DNA of 64,000 nt from Balanoglossus misakiensis (Eukaryota > Animalia > Hemichordata), in assembly GCA_040954595.2 (NCBI GenBank), contig CM082598.2:4789097-4853096 (forward strand), in the 5' to 3' direction. Positions 1 to 11,800 of this stretch are shown piece by piece. The notes beneath the pieces are model-generated. The model made no database searches. It had not been told where the DNA came from and saw only the letters and a program-made list of their open reading frames with translations. Both the position numbers and the translations under genes were made by a program. Numbering within the stretch: position 1 is the stretch's first letter; every line of letters begins with the position of its first letter.

Positions 1-1345
1 GCATAAAAATGGCAGCTCAGTGTGTACCTCACTCACCAAGGCTGCACTGTGCCGTACTCAAGACGAAAATAACTCCTAATGCCTTGGTCACTGGCGTGAA
101 CTTCAGACCCTGCTTTGCATATCTAAGGCCCAGTGCATTGCAGGTATTGATCGGGGGGTCGGATTTGCATGGGACACAGGCAATCCCAGCGGAATTTAAT
201 CCACTGAGGTACATGCATTATTTATACGACTCCAGAGTGTGCCGACCCCAAACAAGCGTGCTTCCATCTCCCAGGCATGTGTACCGCAGACTTTTATTTC
301 AGGACTAGAAACTTTCCCGCCAAAATTTTTGACCAAAAATTCTTGTTTCTCTGTAACTTTTGGACATAAAACAACTGTATTTTAGATTAGAATTCAAGAA
401 ACATTGTTTACTAAAGAAGTTATGTTGTTAAATTTTCCAAAATGTTCATAATAATATAAACTTTTTGCATTATTTCATAGTCGTCTCTAGACATGAAAGG
501 GTTAATTAAACGGCCGACCGGTCGTTCTAAACAGTTTTACTGACCGCTTTGTGCTCAGTGTATACCATTTCACTCCAGACCCATGCACACAACACACACA
601 CACAAGCAAATACCCACCCGAGGCCGCTGAACGCAAGTACCCCTCGTTTCCCAAAAGTACGCCCTGCCACCCCTGCAGAGGAAATAAAGCTAACCCAGAT
701 TAACCCCTTGCAGACGACCCGGCATACTACTGGTACTGCCATCCTGGCACAAATTTTAATGTCGGTACATGAATTCTAAAGCCGGTACAAAAAAAAAACA
801 TATACAGCCATGCCAACGTAGCTATGTCACCACAGAAAATTCTGACCCCCCCCCCCCATCCACTTCACCCCCACGCACTAAGGATCCAACGCACACCCAC
901 TGACTACGTGCATAGTAGAGACCAAGTAAAAAGTCTGTATCACCAGCACGACCATCGCTATACTCAGGCAACAAGCATGAACATTTGAGTTGATGAGCAC
1001 ACAAGTTCCATTCAGTACAATCAGTAATAACCTTTTTAACGACCACAACACAAACAGTAATAAATTCTCGGACAATTTCGCAGCCTGGCCATGTCGACGT
1101 CAACTGCCCTCTGTCAACAGCACGAAAACCAAACCCTCACCAGGAATTTCCAAGTCAGTGACATCAGTGTTGCCACGGCGACAGCGGGAAGGTCTACGCT
1201 GGAATTTTAATGATGGAGTGCAGAGCCAGCACTGGTAAATCGAAACACTAGACGTGTAGTTTGTACAGTGAATCCGACCCCAACAGATATCATATCACAA
1301 TCAGTCTCTTCCAAATCAACTTCCCAGAATGCAGGTCAAATAAAA

Positions 1346-1510
1346 TACAGTCAAACCTGTGTTAGTGGCAACCTCTATATAGTGGCCACTATGCTACATT
1401 CTCTTTGCAATTCATATGAGCATTAATTGACCTGTCTGTAAAGACCACCTGTCTATAAAGGCAGTTTAGGAAAGTCTCTTGACCGGCCACTATAGACAAG
1501 TTGGACTGTA
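1346..1510. mobile_element. MITE family B copy (inverted)
   Basis: TACAGTCAAACCTGTG..GTTGGACTGTA. Confidence 0.8.
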
Positions 1511-1658
1511 CTTCAAACCATCACTTTGCCACAAGTTACAAAGCTCACGGTCTGTACCCACTGAATGATCCCACTGGGTCACATGCCAATTTTGCAACAT
1601 CATTTTGACCCCAGCTCATTTACAGTGTCAATGTGACCCCCACCGAGGGTCACGTTAA

Positions 1659-2030
1659 TGACATCATGGCTGCCATGGTGATAGTTAAAGCCCCACAGAT
1701 CAAGTTTATGACATCACAGTTGCTACGGTGCAGGAGTCTATGGGTCAAGTTTATGACATCACGGTTGCCATGATGATAATTTAAGGCCCGTGGATCAAGT
1801 TTATGACATCACAGTCGCTACGGTGATAGAGTTTAAGGTCTAAGAGGTCAAGTTTACGACATGGCGGCTGCAACAGTAAGAGAGTTTCAAGTCTGCTCAT
1901 GACCTCCCGGGAACGAAGATGACAGCTCACAAATTTGATGAAACACTCCGCCAGACCCTTCGGAGCAACGACAATAAACAAACGAGTCCCGGACGGAATT
2001 TCGGTGACATCACAGTTGCCACGGTGATGA
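1659..2030. repeat. Imperfect ~45-50-bp tandem repeat with TGACATCA-nn-GTTGC core
   Basis: Cores at 1659, 1709, 1754, 1804, 2005. Confidence 0.75.
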
Positions 2031-2547
2031 AGTTTACGGTCTGGTTAGGAATCTGTAGCATTTCCTTACGTCTGATATAAATTAAGGCAGGGTTTATTAA
2101 CAACAGATAAGTGCATGTACTCTGCTTGGCCTAAACTAGTTTTCTCTGAACATATAATTATAACCATCCCCCTCCCCACTCACATAACTGGCTACAGACT
2201 AAAATGGCAATTTTTTACCTGAAACTCATGGTCTACTCAACAAATTCAACACTATGGGAAAATGTATTATTAACCTAACAATTACAAGTACTGGTATAGT
2301 TAATAATATGTAAATTATATTAGTATTACCATTTAGCTTACTCTTAGAGAGATCATTGCTTTAAAAGGCTGGGGAGATAAACAGATGGAATAAATCAATC
2401 AATCAATCTATCTCTCCCCCTTCCTCCCTCCCCCTCCCCCTCTCTCTACACACACACAGCCTCCCCATCTCTCTGGAAACAGCACCCTATTCCCCTCAAC
2501 ACACGCTCCCCATCTTCCCCTCTCTCCCCAAACATTACGCAACTTAC

Positions 2548-2748
2548 CCTATTTTCTTCCACCCCAATCCTGGTATGCCTCTCCCTCCTGTCTTCTTCTT
2601 TTTTCCTTTCTTCCTCTTTTCTCTTCTCTTCTTCCTTTCTCTTCTCCTCCTCTTTCTTTTTCCGCTCCTCCTCCTCTTCTTTCTTCTTTCTCTCCTCCTC
2701 TTTCCTTCGCTCTTCCTCCTTCTTATCTTTCTCCTCTTCCTCATCAGG
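2548..2748 (-). CDS. PPP1R12A: MYPT exon 18 (E/K/R-rich helix)
   Basis: PDEEEEKDKKEEERRKEEERKKKEEEEERKKK..RIGVEENR; ctctag| and |gtaagt; 201 bp; true frame differs from the ORF-track calls. Confidence 0.82.
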
Positions 2749-2801
2749 CTAGAGAGTAAGACAACTAATTACTATCTGAGTAACCTACATTATTATGTCT
2801 G

Positions 2802-2834
<33 letters not shown>

Positions 2835-5800
2835 CAAACAATAAACTAACCAGTCAGTCATCCAATCAGAACAATCAAACTGCTCACTTAACTGACCAAC
2901 CAACCAACCAACCAACTCAGTCAACCACCCATGTCAACCGACCAACCAACCGAGTCAACCAACCAACTCAGGCAACCTACCAGCACACTCAGGCAACCAA
3001 CCAACCAACTCAGCCAACTGACCAAGTCACCCCAATCAGAACAATCACACTTAGTAAATCAGTCAATCAACCAATACACATCAATGGAATATATACAAAG
3101 ATATGCAGTTACCAATGAATGGGGTTGTCATTTACTTGATTTCACAATGTGTTTCTTTTCCCTTCGTGGTGTTGATAACAAGTGTAGAGAGGAACAAAGA
3201 CTGATAGAAAACTCACCTCCTCCAGGTATATTACACCTGTTGCTTTCCGTCTTTCCTTGATCGGTCTCCGCCTCCCTGTGGAAGTTCGTCGAGAACTCTG
3301 ATCATCTCCTTTATCTGTTGGCATGGAAACAGACCCAGTTACAATCTACTGTGATGCAATCAAGTCACACCCCCACCCCTAAAAATGGAAATGGTCTGTT
3401 CCACTCCCTTGATGAACTCTTGCAGACAGCAAAATCTTTTTTTGAAGATAACGATGCAGTGAATAAAATAAGAGAATGCGAAAATTAATACTCGCGAAAC
3501 AGTGGCCTCTCTCGATATCGCGAAAATTTCAACTCGCGAAAATAAAGTGTTTTACAGTACGCACCTGTCGATATTAGAGAACCCCGCTTCCTCTCTTCCT
3601 GAGACCCGTCTTTGGTTTCCTCCTTCGGCTCCGCATCCCGGTTGCCAAAGCGACCGGAGTACGAGGACGTGCCTCCGCTGCTGCCGGGGAAACTGGCCGT
3701 GAAGGACGTGGTGGTGGTCGGGTCTGACTCGATGCGGGAACGCCATGAGCGGTGGTGGTGGCCGGGGGTGTCCTCAGTCTTGTCGTCGTGCGTTCTCTGA
3801 CGAGAAAAACAACCACAAATTCGTGTTAATTAGACGTCTGTGGAGTTATCAGTACTGCATGCAATTTACATCACCCGACCTGTCACACCCCTGCGACTAT
3901 CTGTACTTTGGTACGTCCCATTTGTCATTCTACTGTGGAGTCTAACATCCCACAAAAATAGGTAAGGATCTGTGCAGTTAAGAGCAGTCTCTAGTTCTCT
4001 CTACCCTCATTGCAATCACCAACCTAAATCAAAGAATGGTCTAATCCCATTCAAGGAATAGATCAGGCACGTACCAATATTACAGAAAACTTAGGGGTGT
4101 GCAGGCTATATTTCATGCTCTCTGTTAGAAGTAAATAATTGACGCCATTTTGCAATACGGATTAAAATCAAACACATAGAAGAGGTAGGCACCTGGGGCA
4201 ATGGGATTGAACACCGCACATCAAAATGATGCATTTTTACGCAGGAAAAAATCCTGAGACACAAATAATACTGTAAAAAGCATTAATTTTCAGAAAGAGA
4301 TGATTTCAATATTGCTTGCAAATCCATACAAATCCAAATTGTTGTAAATTTGCAAATTTAAACAACAGTCTTGTCTTGGTTTATGTCCAAATCTGTCTAG
4401 AAAATTGGTTTACGGACAAAAATTCCAATTGGTAAAATTATTAATGCTTTTACAGTAATATTTCTTGGAATTAATACAAACAGTCATTTGAAAACCTGTA
4501 TATATTAGTCACATGTCTATCTCTTCTTCAATCAAACAAAATTCTGAATACGACCACACGTAAGCAAGAACCGGAAACGTTTTGCATATTCTCAGGCAAA
4601 GTGTGTTGATATTTCAAAAGAAAGAAGACAAAAGACAAGAATGCAATGTCATCTTTGTCAGACCCGAGTTTGAGCAAAACAGATCTGAACTTTTCCCCTT
4701 CAACATGAAAGAGATCTACAGACTTAATACTTCATGGCAAAACTTTTCTCGACAAAACTTTTGCCATGTCATGCAAAATAACTACAAGTCAAAACACAAA
4801 ACACACACTATCTCCATAGCATTGTAATGTAAGGAAACACACTCTGGATTTACATAATTAATGTTAATAATATGCACAAATCTATGACATCATAACCGAT
4901 ATCACGTTTCTGCCACGAGAGGATAGAAGGCGCGGTTTGCGATAGTGCAGGATATTGGATAAAAGAAATAGAGAGCAAACAGACGAGAGATTTCGGAGTC
5001 CAAAACACCTGAAAGGAAGAAAACTAGAAAGAACAGAAAAATAATCGCAGAAAGGATGAAAGAATCAGAGCAAATTAAATTACGATAAATGAAATTCAGG
5101 TATACAGCCATTTAATAAATCGCTGACGAAATATTGTCTTCATTACAGACAGAAGAGTATGAACCAGTAGGTATTTTGTTGTTCGGAATATCATTTCATT
5201 ATATACAATTGGAAAATCTGTGGTGTGGGAACCAACTAAGGCTTGATGTCAATAATTTTACTGAGATGTTTCTTGACACCGTCTCGAGTAATGACGATCA
5301 TCGTTGGTATATACGTAAATCTAAGACGTAAGTCTTTATACTTGCGTCAGAGACAAATTGGATAATAGTTTGCAAATAACCAGCTTGATTACAGAATAAA
5401 TCTACTTCAGCTGTTAGAGACGTCATTATCGCGCAAAATGTTTTCACTATGCGAGAAAACGCAGCTGGTCTAATTAATATTGCTCAGATAACTTGCGCAT
5501 GCCGTTTAGAAAAATTCAGCAAATGAGATCCGAAGGTTTTTAATTGTTTTTTAATTGTCCGGGATTGAAATAAAGAAGTGTTGATGTGTTTTCTATGTCC
5601 GATAGAATCTTCTCTGTTAACAGGTGAACATCTGGTGGGAGTTCTGAACGCATGTGTTTTGGCTGGAGGTCTGCAGTGTGCAAAGCCAGCTGGCTTGTTT
5701 GACGTCATGATGTTGAAGTCCTCATCAATTCAGCAGCTGAGAAGCGATGTCTCAAACCACCGATCCATGCCGACCATGTCACTGATTGCCAGGTGTTGCC

Positions 5801-8800
5801 ACGGCACCGAGAGAAACAACCGCATTGTGAAATCCAATCTCCATTATTTTAAAGGGTAGATGTCATCCCATCTGTAGCTACAGCTGCAGGTATGGGTCCC
5901 ATAGGATGTGGTTGCCAGCAAGTTAGAGTAGACACAAAAGTGTAACTGCTACAATGTACATCATTGCAAACAATGTGGTTGTTACTTTGTATTTCACTGT
6001 AGTGTAACTGCTACAATGTACATCATTGCAAACAATGTGGTTGTTACTTTGTATTACACTGTAGTGTAACTGCTACAATGTAAATCATTGCAAACAATGT
6101 GGTTGTTACTTTGTATTACACTGCAGTGTAACTGCTACAATGTACATCATTGCAAACAATGTGGTTGTTACTTTGTATTACACTGTAGTGTAACTACTAC
6201 AATGTACACTTTTGCAAACAATGTGGTTGTTACTTTGTATTACACTGTAGTGTAACTGCTACAATGTACATCATTGCAAACAATGTGGTTGCTACTTTGT
6301 ATTACACTGTAGTCTAACTGCTACAATGTACATGTACATCATTGCAAACAGCTTGATTGTAGACTGTTATTTAGTGCCTTTCCTTCATAAAGCCACCCAT
6401 CATCACAGTAACACACTTTGAAGTACAATCTTGCCTGAGAACATAATCCTGCCCACAGCAGTGGCTGTGTGTATGTTTACGTTCTACTACAACAGTTCTT
6501 TGATCACTTTTACCCCCAGGGCTTGCGGTGAAAACTATAAAGATAGCCACAGATGGATTCATTGCTTTTCACTGATTGGATCAGACATGGGTCCACGCTG
6601 AAGGTCACCTTCAAAACTGCAGACTCGGCATGATGTGTCCTCTTACAACGAAAACCGAAAAACTTCTGCTTTCGTTGGAGGCTTATATATCATTCTGACT
6701 GGTGGCCACAAACACAAGCAATTAGACCCCCACCAGCACTTACAAAGTCTCTGTCAACAACCACTTTGTTTTCTGCCAAAATACAACTTAAGGATTTCCT
6801 GTGCATTTTATCTTCTCAGGGCTGTAAGTAGGCCAGCCAACAATCAAGGCAAAACCCACTAACCACGACATGATCGTCAATATCGCCCTCTACCACCCCA
6901 CCCTCGCCAGCGTAAATGTACATGATGGAATGCCAGCAATGTCTCGCCTAGCTTAAGTCTTATTTACCATATAAGGTGACAGAGATAATAGTTGTCCATC
7001 ACATGAAATAGTCTCCCGACCTCCATTTACTTAAACAACCACGCGGTCATTAAAAATAACCCTCTAAAAAAAATTACATTTTTTATGCGGTGTAATAATC
7101 TGTGAAAAAGACCTGAATTTTATCGTCTATTTTTTTAACAGATTTGCTTGACTGACTCACTGACATTGGTTAAGTAACACTATATACTTCAGAAGTGTAT
7201 AAGTAGCAGGTGATGGATCAAATTTCTCCGGGATAAGATTCCACGGAAGAGGCCTCTGTCCCGACTGAAATTCCCTCTTGCCTCTTTCCTTCATTACAAC
7301 ACAGCCTTGGTATCAACAACCTTAAATATTTCTTCAGACATTCAACTTTTATCGGGAGTTCAGAACTGTGTCAAGAAACTCAATTTTAAAATTCAGCTGA
7401 ATTAATTAACGAGTAAAAAAAATTAGCCCTAACACTAACAGATTTAAGGTCAAACACATGATATGTACGATGAAGAGAAAATTTCATAATATTATTTAAA
7501 GATGTGAATTATTAGATATCCATGTGATTTTAACGTCAACAATATGACCAGAAAACTCAAATTCAAAACTTAGCTAAATTAATAAATGTTACGAGTATAC
7601 ACATTTTAGTCCCACCAGATTTAAGGTCAAGCACGTGACATGTAAAATGCTGATATACTTCCACAAAAAGCGTAACTTTCTGGATGTGAATTATTACACA
7701 GGCAAGCAACTTTAATGTCAACATTATGACACACTATATTGATATTTCAAGGAACAATTTATTCGAAACCGCAGGCTCCTTGTTTTGCGGTTTGACACAT
7801 ATTCCGTGGCCCTTGACCTCTGCTGACCCCTGACCCCCACTGCTTACCACCGCACCACCCTGGGGAGAGAGTGACAGATTTCTTTTTCGCTGTCCGAGTG
7901 TGATTAACCGAACAGCTAGCTGTCAGACACAGAATAAATAACGCCTACTCAGTTTCAAGCTATTGCCCAATTCTGCAGGCTAGCATTCTCCTCTGCTGAA
8001 TGTTAAATACTGGAAAACAGGAAATTTTCGCGAATTTCGCAAGAGCAAAAAAAACACGCGAAAATAAAAAGTCATGTTAAAATGTTTTCAGAGATATCAA
8101 TGCAGTTGGTGCAAAATGAGAACGCGAAAATTAATCATCACATAGCAGTTGCCTCTTTATATATTGTGAAAATTTCCTGTCCCGAAAATTTCCCGTTTTA
8201 CAGTAAGTTATTGAAATGCCGTGGCCGAGATACTTTGAATATTTGCCAATGAGCAGACCCCTTTTTCTCTCATATACAGTTAATGAGATATCTACGTCTA
8301 ACCCTGTACTGGGCAAACTATCACTTTACACGAAAGTTCAATGACTGCTAACATTCGGCCTGAGTTTGGAAAAGTCTGTGCGTGTGTATTGACCCTCAAA
8401 TTCCACAACAGTTTCAGAAATTATTTCGTTTGCACCAGTAAGTCTGTCTGGGAATTTAACTCATTTGACTGGGCCAATACAACTTGATATTAAGAAGAAA
8501 CAGGGTTAAATTTTAAAATCATTAAAATAAAAGCAGCAAATATAGTTAAAATGTAAAATAACTTTCTTGTACTTTACATAAAATATATTGTCTAAATAAG
8601 AACACTAACAAATGTGCATTAAATTTAATACTGGCCTCACTACTTTAGATTTAGCCTTATTGGCTGTTTTATGTCTGTAATATCACTGGAGACAACAGGA
8701 TCAGAGCTGAAAGTGTCAAGAGTCGCGAATAATCCATTCTGACATGCCGTGTGTATCAATAGCCAACACGATAAAAGCAGTCATTCACACTGCCCTGCAT

Positions 8801-11800
8801 AGCACCTCAGTGCAAAGCCCTCGTCTCCTCGACAGAACGTTCGCCTTGTAAGCTCTCAACTTAAAACAGTCATCAAAGTATTGGGTTGCCACGATCACAG
8901 GCGACACTAAGCTCTGATTACACGGCATTGCGGGCAGACCACTTCAAATATCACACCTCGCAAACCTGCCGTACTATGAACACCATTGCAAACAATATGG
9001 TTGTTACTTTGTATTACACTGTAGTGTAACTGCTACAATGTACATCATTGCAAACAATGTGATTGCTACTTTGTATTACACTGTAGTGTAACTGCTACAA
9101 TGTACATCATTGCAAACAATGTGATTGCTACTTTGTATTACACTGTAGTGTAACTGCTACAATGTACATCATTGCAAACAATGAGGTTGTTACTTTGTGT
9201 TACACTGTAGTGTAACTGCTACAATGTACATCATTGCAGACAATGCGGTTGTTACTTTGTATTACACTATAGTGTAACTGCTACAATGTAAATCATCCTT
9301 TCAGATCATCTAGTTCATCATCAATGAAATTAAGCTTAAAAAGAGGGGAATCTTCTGGAAGTGGAAAATAAAATTTGCACCATGTCAGCTATGCTAACGT
9401 CCACACCTGTCAGACAAACTCCACAGAATTATCTACTGGCTGAAAAAACTATAAGTGCTGAACAATGTTGTGTTTTTTAGGAGCACACCCTGACCTCATC
9501 AAGTAAGACAATGAAATGCTGTCTTTTCCCCCGGAAGAATGTAAAGCGAGGCAAAACCTCGGAAAAGGAGTATTTCGAATGAGTGCCCAACAGCAACATG
9601 GTGCTGTTGGTGGTTTGTGGATGTGTGCGGGTGTGACATGGCTCCCATATTACCTCAAGTGCAACCTGAATGCTGGCTGGCCAGGACACAACATAAATGT
9701 TTAACCCTCTCACAGGCATCTGGGCAATACGATTTACACAATTTGTGAATTGTATACAACAGAATATGCAAACTTAGTTTGAGCATGAAACATGAATATT
9801 TTTCACCCTTCCACCCCCATCTTTCAGTACAATGGTCTGACCACACCATTCCAAATGATGGGACTAGGCCACAAGTACAACCAGGGAAAGGTAGGACTTC
9901 TAGACAACGAAGTACCGACTGTGAAAGGGTTTGGATGTCTTTCCGAGCGGTGTGTAAAGAAAGTGATGTGAGATGTTTGAAGCGAAGGTGGAGATAAAGT
10001 AGAGTCTTGAGTAGGAAATGATGTTGCCACAAGAACAGTGCCTACACACATTCAGAACAGCAGTCTCGCAGAATCTCGCGAAGTTTGTCAGAGAGAGATT
10101 TCTGAGCAAACTCGAGAAGAGTTGAATGTTCCAAACGCCTCTCTCCATTTGACGAGTGTAGTTTTGAAGCAGGCTTTTAATAAATAGAAAGTTTGGGGGA
10201 TTGGATGATGAACCTTACAAAGACTAGAAAGTCAGAAAATCTACACCCAACTGCTACATCTGGACAGCATTTACATTTGACAGGTGCTAATTGTTTCCAT
10301 TCACTAAAAACAACCTCACCAGGTTTTTCTTATATGTGTTAACTTCTACTGAAGGGGCAATGTTAAATCAATCATTCTAATGGGGTACCTGGGACAAGAT
10401 TTCAAGCAGTCTCATGACAATGCCAGGCAAAGACTACAGAAGTGCAGAAGAGATGAGAAGTTTTCCATCATCATCATCATCATCATCATGTCATCAACAT
10501 CATCCATACAGCTGCTTAAACCAGACCAGTATGTAAGGTGCAAAAGCATGAAGTTTTACGGGAGCCATTATTTTTGAAAGACAGCGTTGCAAGCATGCAG
10601 AAAATAAAGAAAGAGAAAGAATACAGCACACCCGTCAAGTGGAGGGTATGAAATAACATTCCGAACGATATCACCTTTATTCGAAAATCAGGAAACAGAA
10701 AAAAATACAAGTTTTACACTGCACATCAAACCAATATGCCGGGAGAGAGAAAAGAGAACAGAAAGGGAGGGAGGGAGGGAGGAGGGATAGAAGAGATTCT
10801 GGAGGGGGGGGAGCTGACATGTCTTTTTACAAAGCTGTAGAGAGGCGAGTCTCGCAGTGAAAATGGTAGGCATGGTTACAGAGGCAGGATGGTAGAGAGA
10901 GAGAGATGGATAGAAGTGAATGCAAGATTGGTGGGGGTAACCCTGTTCAGCAGTTCGGTGAGAATTTGGAATTCGTCCAAAGGATATTTTTCTCGTTTTA
11001 CTCTTTTTTTTCGGGGGGAGGGTTGGGGGGGGTTCATTTTTGCATGCAACTTTTTACAAGACTGGAGGAAAATAAAAATATAGTCACTGCTGTGATGAAA
11101 CAAAGTATCTCACACAGAAACACAACAGAAACAATGACTGAGAAAAAAGAAAGAAAAATAAGTTCATAATATACACTGCACAGTGGCAACCAGAATACAA
11201 TGACAGGTAGCAAAAGATTATACAGTGGAGGAAAGAGAACAAGCATGAAACCAAACAAACGCAAGAAATGACTGCCAAAGTAGAAAGAACAGCATTTTTA
11301 TGGAAGACAGCAAAAATTGTCATTCGCAGAGATTCGTCTAGCTTAACATTTTTCTAACGCCTTTTACTACCACTGTTGAAAAATGTTCTTGAAAACACCC
11401 TCTGAAACGTGTTAGCTCACAATCTTTTTTTTTCGTTTCTTTTTAAAAAATATTTTTTTTTCATCGTCAAAAAATTCAACTTTTTCATTTTGATGGTAAA
11501 TTTCATGAAATGTAAAAAAAAATGAAAATTCTTTCACGTGAGCACAGAATTGTCTCTGCCTAGTGGACGTAATTGTACAACTCTGACCTGACACAATCTC
11601 TTGACCTTTGACCTCTGACCTCACGGTCATACCATCTGTTGTTTTAACACTTATTTTTAATTAAACTACACTCAGTTATAACATTGTAAAAAATACCCAT
11701 GTGCCCGACAGTAACTTTGGCTGCCATTATTGATGAACTGGCTGTATGTAGGATAGCCTGGCAAAACTAAACAAACGCCCTACATTCTGAATAACGTTGC

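Noticed and set aside
1-2547. MYPT terminal coiled-coil/leucine-zipper exons
   Set aside because: No matching peptide with splice sites found; they probably lie outside the window.
2544-2844. Protamine-like R/K ORF and Leu/Phe-rich membrane-like ORF
   Set aside because: Wrong-frame and antisense readings of MYPT exon 18.
5940-9296. Regular repeat arrays as CRISPR
   Set aside because: Head-to-tail units with no unique spacers, eukaryotic intron, no cas genes.
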